Origin: Minisyncoccota bacterium
Lineage (GTDB): Bacteria > Patescibacteriota > Minisyncoccia > Phycocordibacterales > UBA2100
Assembly: GCA_043780835.1 (NCBI GenBank)
Contig: JAYWCB010000010.1
Coordinates: forward strand, 2,845-66,844
Direction: 5' to 3'
Length of the DNA stretch: 64,000 nt
Every line of letters begins with the position of its first letter. Position 1 is the first letter of the stretch. The translations under genes were made by a program, and so were the position numbers. The notes beneath the pieces were generated by a model. The model was not told the DNA's origin, made no database searches, and saw only the letters and a program-made list of their open reading frames with translations. This document shows positions 50,559 through 60,224 of this stretch, one piece after another.

Positions 50559-50987
50559 TTACTTCGTGTCGACGTCGACGCCCATGGATCGGGCAGTTCC
50601 CGCGATGATCTTTTTTGCGTGCTCCAAATCGAGCGCGTTCAAATCTTCCATTTTTTCGGTTGCAATATCCTCGAGCTGTTTCTGAGAAAGCTTTGCGATC
50701 TTGGTTGAATGCGGCTTGTCGGAGCCTTTATCCTTGCCTATTGCCTTGAGGACGAGGCGCGATGCCGGCGGCTTCTTGATGATGAATGTGAATGTTCGGT
50801 CCTTGTAGACGTTCATGACAACCGGAACGATGGTGCCCGCGAGCGGTCGAGTGAGCGTATTGAACTGGTTGACGAATTCACCGATATTGACGCCGGCCGG
50901 GCCGAGCGCCGTACCAACCGGTGGCGCAGGAGTGGCAGCACCCGCTGCAATCTGCAATTTAATGATTTTTGTGATTTCTTTTGCCAT
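50559..50987 (-). CDS. rplK: 50S ribosomal protein L11
   Basis: [21 protein letters not shown]. Confidence 0.98.
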   Translation of the reverse strand: MAKEITKIIKLQIAAGAATPAPPVGTALGPAGVNIGEFVNQFNTLTRPLAGTIVPVVMNVYKDRTFTFIIKKPPASRLVLKAIGKDKGSDKPHSTKIAKLSQKQLEDIATEKMEDLNALDLEHAKKIIAGTARSMGVDVDTK

Positions 50988-51004
50988 AAATATTTAGTTT
51001 CTGT

Positions 51005-51550
51005 TTATACACGCTGCACCTGATCTGCTTCGAGCTCCACCGGAGTCTCACGCCCGAACATCGGAACTAACACCTTAACCTTTCCGCGCTCTTCGTCAAT
51101 CTCGCCCACTTTTCCTTCCAAGTCTTTGAAGGGTCCGTCGACGATCACCACCGCGTCTCCTTCTGCAAGATCAATCGCGTGGCGAACAGTATCCCCCTCG
51201 GTGCGCTTGAGAATCTTCTCAACTTCCGCCGGCTCGAGCGGCACGGCCTGGTTTGCGGTACCGACGAATCCGGTTACCTGCGGTGTGTTTCGTACCACAC
51301 TCCATGCGTCATCCGTTGCAACCATGTCTACGAGCACATAGCCCGGGAAGATCTTTTCTTTCGTTTCAGTGCGCTTACCGTTTTTAATCTTGATCTTCTT
51401 TTCGGTCGGGACAACGACATTGAAAATCCGGTCACTCATGCCGAATGATTCGACACGCTGGCGAAGATTGCGGGCGACCGCGTCTTCATACCCGGAATAG
51501 GTATGCACCGCGTACCACTGTCGCTCCGTTCCGTATGTTTGTTTTGCCAT
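51005..51550 (-). CDS. nusG: Transcription factor NusG
   Basis: WYAVHTYSGYE, FPGYVLV, KOW motif, FGRETPVEL. Confidence 0.98.
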   Translation of the reverse strand: MAKQTYGTERQWYAVHTYSGYEDAVARNLRQRVESFGMSDRIFNVVVPTEKKIKIKNGKRTETKEKIFPGYVLVDMVATDDAWSVVRNTPQVTGFVGTANQAVPLEPAEVEKILKRTEGDTVRHAIDLAEGDAVVIVDGPFKDLEGKVGEIDEERGKVKVLVPMFGRETPVELEADQVQRV

Positions 51551-51574
51551 AGCGAAATGCTGTTATCAATAATA

Positions 51575-51853
51575 TTACTTCTTGCTTGTAGGAATACTGA
51601 AGTCGATCGGAGTCGTGGTTGAGGTGGACGAAGCCACAGGCGTGGTCTGCTGCGTCTTCGAAGCGACGGGCTGCACACCGGCGAGACGCGCAAGCGTCGT
51701 GGTGAATAAGAAGTCGAAAAAGCCCAAATACAGTGCGATGAAAAGTGAAATAGCGATAACGAGCGCCGTGTAGACGGTGGTCTGCGCACGCGTCGGCCAC
51801 GAAACGTGACGGAGTTCTGCCTGTGTTTCTTTGATGTAACTGAGTACGGACAT
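51575..51853 (-). CDS. secE: Preprotein translocase SecE
   Basis: ELRHVSWPT plus TM; upstream of nusG. Confidence 0.93.
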   Translation of the reverse strand: MSVLSYIKETQAELRHVSWPTRAQTTVYTALVIAISLFIALYLGFFDFLFTTTLARLAGVQPVASKTQQTTPVASSTSTTTPIDFSIPTSKK

Positions 51854-51987
51854 ACGGTCAATCGGTTAGTTGTGTGGCTAAAAATTAGACATTTTTAAAA
51901 CCCCTTCCGGGGCTTGTATGTATAATATCTCTTTTTAGTGGAGTGTCAATCCCTGCGACTTCTCTGCGACGCAGGGATATGCGTGCG

Positions 51988-52278
51988 CTATTTTATGGTG
52001 GTGAGGAATTTCACGAGGGCTTTTGCTTGAGGATTTTTCGAGATCGCATAACACATCATGCGGCCGGACTTTTTTGAGGTCACAATATCGGCACCCGCCA
52101 GAACTGCGAGTTGATGGCTTACTGCCGAGTGCGTCATATCAAGCTCCTCTGCTATATCTTGCACCGCAAGCTCCTTGTGTTTTGCTAATGCAAAGAGAAT
52201 CGATGCGCGGGTTGAGCTTGCAGCTAGTTTTAATAATCGTGCAGCATGCGCGGCGCGCTTTCTTTCGGCAGTTCCCAT
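51988..52278 (-). CDS. ArsR-family regulator
   Basis: LAVQDIAEELDMTHSAVSHQLAVL. Confidence 0.88.
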   Translation of the reverse strand: MGTAERKRAAHAARLLKLAASSTRASILFALAKHKELAVQDIAEELDMTHSAVSHQLAVLAGADIVTSKKSGRMMCYAISKNPQAKALVKFLTTIK

Positions 52279-52282
52279 ATAG

Positions 52283-53098
52283 TTATCGAATTTCGTACGT
52301 AATATTTACCTGAGACGTTATTTTGTTCTGTCCCGTCGGAATTTCTGGTGAAGGCGGGGTGGCTGCTGTTGATTTCGCCATAGAATCCATCGCGACACCC
52401 CCGCGTGCATATGCATAGGGCTGGTTGGAGTTTTCACTAAACCCGACGACTCGTACGATCGACACACCGAGAGAGCCGGCGAGCTTCTCCGCTTTCACCT
52501 TTGCGTCTGCGATTGCCTTGTCGCGAGCGTCTGCCTCAAGCTTGTTTTGATCGTCGATAGTGAAAGAAAGTCCCGATACGGTAGACGCGCCGCGAGAACC
52601 TACCCCTGAAAGCAATTCCCCCGCTTTGGTGGTGTCTTTTACTTTCACCGTGAGGGTTTGCGTGACCTCAAAACCGACGAGTTTCTGTGAACCCGGTTGG
52701 CAGTACCCTGTGGAACAAACACCATTGGAATATTCATACTGCGGATTCACATTGTAATCAGTAGTCTGGATGTCTTTTGCAACAACGCCGGCGTTTTTGA
52801 GGTACGCAACAACGTCGTTGTTCTTTTTTGTTGCAGCAGTTTGTGCTGTTGCAACGTCTTTTGCGCGCTCCTGAATCGTGACGCTAAAGGTGGCGGTATC
52901 AGGCACTGCAAACACATCTCCCGTGCCTGACACACTAATCGTATTACTTGCGGAAACTCCGCTTCCGATAAATGCGATACTCTTGAATGCATACATTGTT
53001 GCGGCGAGGAGAAAAAACGCAAGGAGCGCAAGCGCAAGTGTGCCTGCGGTTTTCATCCAGTACGTGGTGCGTGCAATATCCTGTTCTGTTGGAGTCAT
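52283..53098 (-). CDS. SIMPL domain protein
   Basis: TISVSGTGDVFAVPD, ARDKAIADAKVKA, IPTGQNKITSQVNITYEI. Confidence 0.88.
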   Translation of the reverse strand: MTPTEQDIARTTYWMKTAGTLALALLAFFLLAATMYAFKSIAFIGSGVSASNTISVSGTGDVFAVPDTATFSVTIQERAKDVATAQTAATKKNNDVVAYLKNAGVVAKDIQTTDYNVNPQYEYSNGVCSTGYCQPGSQKLVGFEVTQTLTVKVKDTTKAGELLSGVGSRGASTVSGLSFTIDDQNKLEADARDKAIADAKVKAEKLAGSLGVSIVRVVGFSENSNQPYAYARGGVAMDSMAKSTAATPPSPEIPTGQNKITSQVNITYEIR

Positions 53099-53162
53099 AA
53101 AAAATGAAGGAAATATTAATTTTTAAACATAGTACCATCCTGACGCTCCGTTCAGGTTGGGC

Positions 53163-53360
53163 TTACATGTTTAAGGTTGCGCTGTAGGTAGAGAGGTACG
53201 AAGGAATAGCAAATATGAGTCCGATGAGGGGTAGTACTACGGCAAGAACAGAAACGATAGCCGCAACGAGGAAGTATTTCCTTGTCTTTTCTGCTGAAAC
53301 GTAGACCATTTCGACCTTCTGTTCTATTGAGTCGATGCGTTTTTTGAGTTCAGGATCCAT
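53163..53360 (-). CDS. Small membrane protein
   Basis: SAEKTRKYF plus TM; TATACT 6 nt upstream. Confidence 0.7.
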   Translation of the reverse strand: MDPELKKRIDSIEQKVEMVYVSAEKTRKYFLVAAIVSVLAVVLPLIGLIFAIPSYLSTYSATLNM

Positions 53361-53393
53361 ACAGCAAGTATATCAGCCGCCTGTGGGCGGCTT

Positions 53394-54077
53394 TTATGAT
53401 TGTACGTCACCCATAAAGAGACGATATTCGCTTTCGAATGCCCAGATTGAAATCCGGTAGATTCCGTATGTAATAAAAAACGCCGAGGCGATATCAATGG
53501 AATAATGAATATGCCCCATTAATACGATGATAACGAAAAAGAGACACGATCCCATGAAAACGTTTCGGATCCAGAGCACATGTGAATATGCGAGCGCCCC
53601 GAGAAATGTCATACCGGTATGGCCAGAGAAAAACTGATCCGAGCCGAAAAATGCATTCGTAATCGTTGCGCCGAAGTTACTTGCGTAGTGGGCCTCGGGC
53701 GGCCCCAGATGCGTGAGGAGCGTGAAGCCTGATCGTACCAATATGAAGAGTGTCAGTCCGTGCAATACAAACGGAATACTTTTCGGCTGAGAGAGGACAA
53801 TGAGTGTCGCAAACGCAATCACAACGAACGTGCCGTAGACGAAAAATTCGTCAACCTCGAACACCGGGAAGTTTGAAAGTAATAGGTCTTCAACAGCAGG
53901 ACCGGCCTGCACGGTGGCCCGCTCAATCGCCCAGAAATTCACGTACAGGGCACCACAGAGTACGAGCAAAGATACCAAGAGAGAAATTACGTACCCCCGC
54001 GTATGCCACACGGCGCTGTAATCGCGAGCAAGTCGTGAAGCGCTCAACCATGCCGCTGCTGTGGGCGTTGTTGCCAT
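53394..54077 (-). CDS. PAP2/sphingomyelin-synthase-like membrane phosphotransferase
   Basis: FFSGHT and HYSID motifs, multiple TMs. Confidence 0.8.
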   Translation of the reverse strand: MATTPTAAAWLSASRLARDYSAVWHTRGYVISLLVSLLVLCGALYVNFWAIERATVQAGPAVEDLLLSNFPVFEVDEFFVYGTFVVIAFATLIVLSQPKSIPFVLHGLTLFILVRSGFTLLTHLGPPEAHYASNFGATITNAFFGSDQFFSGHTGMTFLGALAYSHVLWIRNVFMGSCLFFVIIVLMGHIHYSIDIASAFFITYGIYRISIWAFESEYRLFMGDVQS

Positions 54078-54136
54078 GAACGAAAGTATACCGCCGCGTG
54101 CACCGTGCGCGAACAGTGAACAGGTATACTTTGGCC

Positions 54137-54739
54137 ATGGAATTTGCCTCGCTTACTTCGCTCGTCCTTGCCTATCGCTACTGGATCATCTTTCCTATTG
54201 CTTGCATCGAGGGACCGATCTTTTCGCTGTTTATGGGCACTCTTGCAGCGCTCGGATATTTCGACGTTTTTCTTGCCTACCCTATTTTAGTTGCGGGCGA
54301 CCTTATCCCGGATGCGGTCTTGTACTACATCGGTAAACGGGGCCAACGTTCACGTCTGATTGAAAAGTACGCGAGCAAAATCGGTATCAGCGGTGGAAAC
54401 TTCGCACCAATTGAGCGCATGTGGCACGAACATCCTCGCAAAATGATGGCTTTTGCGAAACTTGCACTCGGGCTTTCGACTCCGCTGTTGGTGTCGGCGG
54501 GGCTTGCCGGAGTAAAACCCCGCATTTTTTTCGGCGTTGCGATTCCCGTAGCACTCGCACAACACGTGGCACTACTGGCCCTTGGTTTCTATTTCGGGAA
54601 TTCGTATGAATTTGTAAAACGATATATGGGACACGCCGAATTTCTTATCATTATGGTTGTTGTGTTCGGATTTCTCTATTACCTCTTTGCGCGACGTATG
54701 AAACGACAATTCTTAAAGAAGGAGAACGCAATGCAATGA
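54137..54739 (+). CDS. DedA/VTT-domain membrane protein
   Basis: IEGP, GDLIPD..LYYIG. Confidence 0.85.
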   Translation: MEFASLTSLVLAYRYWIIFPIACIEGPIFSLFMGTLAALGYFDVFLAYPILVAGDLIPDAVLYYIGKRGQRSRLIEKYASKIGISGGNFAPIERMWHEHPRKMMAFAKLALGLSTPLLVSAGLAGVKPRIFFGVAIPVALAQHVALLALGFYFGNSYEFVKRYMGHAEFLIIMVVVFGFLYYLFARRMKRQFLKKENAMQ

Positions 54740-55866
54740 AAATAGCAATCTGCACTGACATGTACCTGCCGCAGCTCGGCGGCGTTGCGGATTCCGTTGT
54801 GCTACAGGCACGGAGTTTGCGTGGACTCGGGCACGACGTGCGCATATTCGCTGCGCATATGCGTGGCGAGGCAGCCGACCCACTCGTAACGCGTTTTACG
54901 TCGATCGAACTATTCGGTGGTACGTTTTGCATCGTCTCCCCCTTCGGCATTCACACGGCACTCAAAACATATCGCCCGGATGTGATTCACGTGCACTCAT
55001 TCGGCACAATCGGACTCATGGCGCGATACACTGCAAAGAAACTGGGCATTGCGGCGGTCGGCACCAATCACAGCTCTCCCGTTGATTATCTGCATTATTT
55101 TTACTTGGACGCCGAGCCGTTTCGCTCTTTAATTCTGCGATTTGTAGCGTGGTTTTACGGAGGGTTTCATGTAGTTACCACTCCGACGTCGCAACCGATG
55201 GACGTACTCCTGAGCGCCGGCCTGCGGCGCGTTATGACGACGATCATTTCAAATGCAGTCGATGTCGGGGCATTTCGTCATTTTGATGAGAAAGAGACAC
55301 TCCGTGATCGCATCGGTCTCTCGCATCGAGCGGTCCTCGTCTTTGGCAGACTGGCCAAAGAAAAGAATCTCGATCAAGCCCTCAAAGTATTTGCAGAAGT
55401 CCATAAGCGAACAAACGCGCAACTCGTCATCATCGGTGACGGACCCGCACGGGACGAACTCGAGACTCGTGCCCGCTCGCTTGGTATAGCGCAACAGACG
55501 TTTTTCATGGGCCGCCTGTCCGGTGATGCGCTTGTTGCGGCGATCAATGCGTGTGACGTTATGCTCACGACCAGCCGCTCCGAAATACAACCGATGACCA
55601 TTCTGCAAGTGAATATATGCGGCGTGCCCGTTGTCGGCGCACGTGCAGGTGGCGTGCCGGAGTGTATCGATGACGGGGTCTCCGGCTACGTCGTCGATCC
55701 GGAAGACACGAATGCATTCGTAGACCACGTTTCGCGGCTTCTATCGGATCACTCGTTGGCCGAGAAAATGGGAAGGGCTTCGCGTGAGCGCGTTTCCAGA
55801 TTCGATCCGGTAAAAATAGCGCTTCAATGGGAACGACTTTTTCGCACATTACCCGGCGTTATTTGA
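54736..55866 (+). CDS. GT4 glycosyltransferase (diacylglycerol glucosyltransferase-like)
   Basis: TDMYLPQLGGV, GRLAKEKN, GDGP, GVPVV. Confidence 0.88.
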   Translation: MKIAICTDMYLPQLGGVADSVVLQARSLRGLGHDVRIFAAHMRGEAADPLVTRFTSIELFGGTFCIVSPFGIHTALKTYRPDVIHVHSFGTIGLMARYTAKKLGIAAVGTNHSSPVDYLHYFYLDAEPFRSLILRFVAWFYGGFHVVTTPTSQPMDVLLSAGLRRVMTTIISNAVDVGAFRHFDEKETLRDRIGLSHRAVLVFGRLAKEKNLDQALKVFAEVHKRTNAQLVIIGDGPARDELETRARSLGIAQQTFFMGRLSGDALVAAINACDVMLTTSRSEIQPMTILQVNICGVPVVGARAGGVPECIDDGVSGYVVDPEDTNAFVDHVSRLLSDHSLAEKMGRASRERVSRFDPVKIALQWERLFRTLPGVI

Positions 55867-56371
55867 CGTGGCGATACATAGGCCGAATGCACAACAGATA
55901 CACGTTGGCCAGTGTGAAGAGCCCTGCACCGAACCATGCGGCAGGCAACGCTACGGATGTGCGGGTAAGACCGAGCACAACGACACATAAGGCAGTACCC
56001 AGAAGATCGATGAATATCTTTTTTCGAAGCGTTGCATTGTACGGCGTCTTTCCGAGCAGGTTGGCGTATTTTACGGGAGCAATCGCAAACACAATGAGTG
56101 CGAAAAAAGAAAACGCGAGCGGCGTCCCGATTGAAAGACCCAAAGCGATGTACGCAACCATGAGCGCGAGGTCGATTGCAGTTTGAATGATAGACGTAGG
56201 TGTCCACGCGCTATAAAAACGGACCGAGAAATACGTATTAATGGTGAGCACTGTATAAAAAAGTGCATTCGGCAGGGTGAATTGCGATACCGTATCGTGA
56301 AAAAACAAAGACGAGATCCCGACGATAGAAAAGAGGATTGTTGCGGCGAGTGCGCGAATTGCAGGCGTCAT
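55859..56371 (-). CDS. Multi-pass membrane protein
   Basis: About 6 TM segments. Confidence 0.7.
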   Translation of the reverse strand: MTPAIRALAATILFSIVGISSLFFHDTVSQFTLPNALFYTVLTINTYFSVRFYSAWTPTSIIQTAIDLALMVAYIALGLSIGTPLAFSFFALIVFAIAPVKYANLLGKTPYNATLRKKIFIDLLGTALCVVVLGLTRTSVALPAAWFGAGLFTLANVYLLCIRPMYRHVK

Positions 56372-56373
56372 AT

Positions 56374-57087
56374 TTATCGGATGTCTTTATACTGTTCGTG
56401 GTACGGACGACCAAATAATACCGGCCACCAGAAATTGAGTATGTAGTTCATATTCGTGCGGAAATATCCCTCAGCTGCAAAGCGCCGCATCGACGTGATG
56501 ATGTAAAAATCCATTCTGAATACCGTCTTCCCCTGCGTATGCAATCGTTTTGCGAGCGTCATATCCTCTCCGTAAAATACAACGTCCGGATCAAAACCAC
56601 CGATCGCCTCCATCGCGCTTCGACGCACGATAAAATTTGCGCCGAATAGCATGTAACCGATTGCTCGATACATGAGCGGTGCGCTCGCCCACCATCCGAG
56701 ACTGAGCTGCAATCGCCAGAGCATGGACGGCGCATCGAAATATTTTGCCGGGCCACTCCACGAGACGCCGTTCGGATAGCGCGCAATAAGCCGCTCAGCA
56801 GTGCTGTACCACTGCGCAGGCAATCGACAGTCCGCGTCAATATATGCGACGAACTCACTGGTCGTTGCTTCTAGTCCTGCCTGCCGCGCTTTGGTGAGCC
56901 CTTTATCTGTGACCTGCACTATGCGTACGCGCGGATAGCGTCGTACAATTTCTGCAGTCTCATCGGTGGATGCGTTGTCTATGACGACGATTTCCTTGAA
57001 ACGTGCAGCGTGCGCAACCACCGAATCGAGGCACGGTCCGATGTACTTCGCCTCGTTATGAGCGGGAATTACCAGAGAAATTTCCAT
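56374..57087 (-). CDS. GT2 glycosyltransferase
   Basis: VIPAHNE, DNASTD, DAD, GGFD...GED. Confidence 0.9.
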   Translation of the reverse strand: MEISLVIPAHNEAKYIGPCLDSVVAHAARFKEIVVIDNASTDETAEIVRRYPRVRIVQVTDKGLTKARQAGLEATTSEFVAYIDADCRLPAQWYSTAERLIARYPNGVSWSGPAKYFDAPSMLWRLQLSLGWWASAPLMYRAIGYMLFGANFIVRRSAMEAIGGFDPDVVFYGEDMTLAKRLHTQGKTVFRMDFYIITSMRRFAAEGYFRTNMNYILNFWWPVLFGRPYHEQYKDIR

Positions 57088-57150
57088 ATTGGACGACGTA
57101 ACCTTCATAGTACACAACTACATACACCGATATTTCATTTTTCGCCAGTC

Positions 57151-57548
57151 TGGGCGGCTATAGATCAATGGGTGAAGCGCCCGCGTTTTTGAATTATTTT
57201 GGGCAGTAGGTCACGGTCAAGCGCTCGATCCTGCGCCGTCGCGCAGAATCTCCGCCTGACCACGCGCGGGCATCCCCGCGTACTCGCGGGGCCCCAGCCC
57301 TTGCTTTCGATTCCCTGTAGCCGTCCACAAAATAAAATTCATCAACGCTTCGCGTTTTTGAATTATTTTGGGCGGCTACAAGTGAATAGGCCAAGCGCTC
57401 GAAATGTTGCCGTCGCAACATTTCTCCGCTCGGCCCTGCTCACGTCGTCCCGCCTGCTGGCGGGTCCCGCGACGCTCGCTTTCGATTCCCGATAGCCTGC
57501 ACCAAAAAGCATATTACAGAAACGCTGCGCGTTTCTTCCATTGTTTTT
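57151..57548. repeat. Tandem fold-back units (about 170-180 bp) downstream of tRNA-His
   Basis: 23-bp direct repeat at 57182 and 57351; direct and inverted copies of the tRNA 3' end; CGTC and TACT/TGCT hairpins. Confidence 0.8.
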
Positions 57549-57549
57549 G

Positions 57550-57622
57550 GGCGGCTACAGGGAATCGAACCCTGATCGAGAGCTCCACAAGCTCCAGTGT
57601 TAACCGTTACACCATAGTCGCC
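57550..57622 (-). tRNA. tRNA-His(GUG)
   Basis: Cloverleaf with G-1, C discriminator, anticodon loop TTGTGGA. Confidence 0.92.
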
Positions 57623-57681
57623 ATCTCCTCTAACAATTGATTTATAGCAGAATCAAGCCCGCAGCGCGAACGCGTATGCAC

Positions 57682-58779
57682 CTATCGTGTCTCCTGCAAA
57701 AGATTTATGACTGTATCGCGCACAACGGTAAAGTTGATCCGTCCAATAAACTGCCCTCGTTCAGTAAGCACGTTTACGCGCCATGATCCGGGTTCCGGGT
57801 TTTGTTTTTGAGAATACCCGCGGAAACCGCCATCGCGCCCGCCGCGTATTTCAAACCTGACATCGCCTCGTGTTTCCCATTGCCTCGTTCCCTTGTTATA
57901 AAACTGCCACTGATGGCGCAGGATCGTGGAAAGGCCTGATGGTGCAAATACAGCGGTGAATACATACGCATTATCACCGTCGTTGAGTGCGATGTGTGCG
58001 GGTATACCGAGATAGCGAACTCCAAACGATTTCATTTCCCCGCTCAACGTATATTCGTTTTCCGTTCGCTCTACGAGATGATAGACCCCTCCCTCTTTGA
58101 GCGCGAGTGGAAGTGGAGGAATAATATTGGAGAAATACAGCACATTGAAGAGCATAAAGAGGGCGGCGAGTGAGCGCGTAGTCGTGGACTGAGCGGCAGT
58201 GAACCGTTCCGGCGTGAGTGCACGCAACAGTCCGGTAAACAATCCGATAATAACAACGCTCGAAGCGCCCGCAAGCAAAAACATGGCGGGACCGATCGTT
58301 TTAAATATGAGCGGCAAAAAGAATATAAAGAAAGAAAACAGCGTGGTGAAGTACATCGATATTTGAAATGGAAGTTTTTGATACAGCATGCGAAACCGCT
58401 CATTTCCGATAAGCATGAATGCAAGCGCGAATACAAAGACCCACGACACCGCGACACCTGCGCTGCGACTGTATAAACTCACATACCCGCTAAATAATGC
58501 GCCAAAGAAAAATTGCACCGCAACTGGAAGAAATGGCGACACGGTAAGCAAAAATCTCTGTTCAACACGACCCGACTCTATCAGATTGAGTAATACAATC
58601 GCGATACCGACGAGTACAAGATACGAAAGCATCAACATATTTCCGAATGGTGCGTCCACGCGCTTCAGCACGATGAAATTATCAATCAAAAAGCCCGCAA
58701 TGAGTGAGAGCGGAGAGATGTAACGCTCATACCATTGAATGAGCTCTTCTATATTCTGAGGAAGATACTGACGGATCAT
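57682..58779 (-). CDS. Membrane protein with C-terminal DUF2914-like domain
   Basis: Multiple TMs; GGRDGGFRGYS...GSWRVNVLT. Confidence 0.8.
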   Translation of the reverse strand: MIRQYLPQNIEELIQWYERYISPLSLIAGFLIDNFIVLKRVDAPFGNMLMLSYLVLVGIAIVLLNLIESGRVEQRFLLTVSPFLPVAVQFFFGALFSGYVSLYSRSAGVAVSWVFVFALAFMLIGNERFRMLYQKLPFQISMYFTTLFSFFIFFLPLIFKTIGPAMFLLAGASSVVIIGLFTGLLRALTPERFTAAQSTTTRSLAALFMLFNVLYFSNIIPPLPLALKEGGVYHLVERTENEYTLSGEMKSFGVRYLGIPAHIALNDGDNAYVFTAVFAPSGLSTILRHQWQFYNKGTRQWETRGDVRFEIRGGRDGGFRGYSQKQNPEPGSWRVNVLTERGQFIGRINFTVVRDTVINLLQETR

Positions 58780-58897
58780 GGATATAGAAATAATAGCAAA
58801 TCCACCGGTCCCCCAGGTATTTGAATACGAGTCGTTTCAATAACAAAAAGCCGGATATCGATCCGGCTTTTTGTTATGGACTTTTTTCCAATTTTTG

Positions 58898-58982
58898 TGC
58901 CCGGGACAGGACTCGAACCTGCACGCCCATAACAGGCTTTACCACCTCAAGGTAAAATGTCTACCAATTTCAACACCCGGGC
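58898..58982 (-). tRNA. tRNA-Leu(GAG)
   Basis: GCCCGGG acceptor stem, long variable arm, loop TTGAGGT. Confidence 0.93.
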
Positions 58983-59072
58983 ATCACTGCTTCGCGATTA
59001 TACGCATCGCTTTCACTATTATCAATCTGATGTACACAAAAGGCCCCGAGTGGGGCCTTTTGTGTTTGTTTT

Positions 59073-59528
59073 TTATGCCTGTTCGATTGCGGCTGACTCT
59101 TCGGCAGAGGGAGTTGCAAGTTCAATCGGCGCCTGGTCTTCTTCAAGACCCGTAACAACCGGTGCCGCCGACTTATTGACGAGGACGGTGCGGCGAAGCA
59201 TACGACGAGCCTCGCGAGCAACTTTGTCGCGAAGGAAATAGAGCTTGGCGCGGCGCATAGTTGCGCGCTTTACGATCTCAATTTTGTCGATCATCGGAGA
59301 ATAGAGCGGGAAAATCTTCTCGACACCTACACCACTCGATACACGGCGAACCGTAAAAGTACCGCCTGCCTCCGTGCCGTGCTTGCGCGCGAGTACGAGA
59401 CCCTCGAATGTCTGGATGCGGGTTTTGCCCTTTTCCTCGATTTTCTGGTGCACACGAACAGTGTCTCCGGAGCGGAGGTCTAATGTCTTGCGTGCTTGCA
59501 CATCTACCGGTGAAATTGTGAACGCCAT
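59073..59528 (-). CDS. rplS: 50S ribosomal protein L19
   Basis: GDTVRVH...RIQTFEG...GVGVEKIFP...RRAKLYFLR. Confidence 0.97.
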   Translation of the reverse strand: MAFTISPVDVQARKTLDLRSGDTVRVHQKIEEKGKTRIQTFEGLVLARKHGTEAGGTFTVRRVSSGVGVEKIFPLYSPMIDKIEIVKRATMRRAKLYFLRDKVAREARRMLRRTVLVNKSAAPVVTGLEEDQAPIELATPSAEESAAIEQA

Positions 59529-59684
59529 AACGTCGCGGCACTGTAACATGCAGGACCTGCAAGGGCAAATTACTATAGAAAAGGACCGGAAGCGTGTGCT
59601 CACGGCCCTTTGTAGTGCGGCTCAGCCGCGAAGATCAATGGCCGCCGTGGCCGTCTTCGTCGTTGGCAACATTCATCTCGAATT

Positions 59685-59727
59685 AAACACAAGAAGACCG
59701 ACAGCAGCTGTCGGTCTTCTTGTGTTT
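59685..59727. terminator. 20-bp perfect hairpin downstream of tRNA-Val
   Basis: aaacacaagaagaccgacag-cag-ctgtcggtcttcttgtgttt. Confidence 0.7.
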
Positions 59728-59730
59728 CTG

Positions 59731-59803
59731 TGGGCGATACAGGACTCGAACCTGTGACCTTCGCTGTGTAAAAGCGTTGCTCTACCAACTGAGCTAATCG
59801 CCC
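59731..59803 (-). tRNA. tRNA-Val(UAC)
   Basis: GGGCGAT acceptor stem, loop TTTACAC. Confidence 0.93.
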
Positions 59804-59843
59804 GTTCCGCATCACCTTATCGTATTTATGTCTTTACACCAAT

Positions 59844-60115
59844 TGCCCTCGGTTGGAAACGCCCGCGACTAAACGATTGCCGTCGCAATCGCTTGTCTGG
59901 GCACCGCCTCACTGTCTCGCAAGCTTGCGAGACATCGTTCCGGCGTTCGATTCCAACACGCACAGCGCGCAGGCGCTGTGCTCTCGGTCAAAACATACGT
60001 TTTGCCCTTCGGTATCTGGGAAACCCACGGTTTTCCCAAGCCTTCCTCCACGGGAAACTTCCGTTTCCCGCCCCCTTCCCTAACCGAGGACACCTCGTTC
60101 GCTTCGCTCACTCTG
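59844..60115. repeat. Two fold-back units of about 136 bp downstream of tRNA-Arg
   Basis: Copies of the tRNA 3' end at 59844 (14/15) and 59977; inverted copies at 59945-57 and about 60080-93; CGTC hairpin. Confidence 0.7.
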
Positions 60116-60187
60116 TGCCCCCGGTTGGAATCGAACCAACATAGACGGCTTAGAAGTCCGCTGCACTATCCATTGTGCTACAAGGGC
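60116..60187 (-). tRNA. tRNA-Arg(UCU)
   Basis: Loop CTTCTAA; GTTGG-TTCGATT-CCAAC T-arm. Confidence 0.92.
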
Positions 60188-60224
60188 CGAAGTTGAATCG
60201 TATCCGTCTGTTGCAATACGTCAA

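Noticed and set aside
59600-59684. Fold-back unit after tRNA-Val
   Set aside because: Small hairpins are present, but no copy of the tRNA 3' end and no CGTC-loop hairpin
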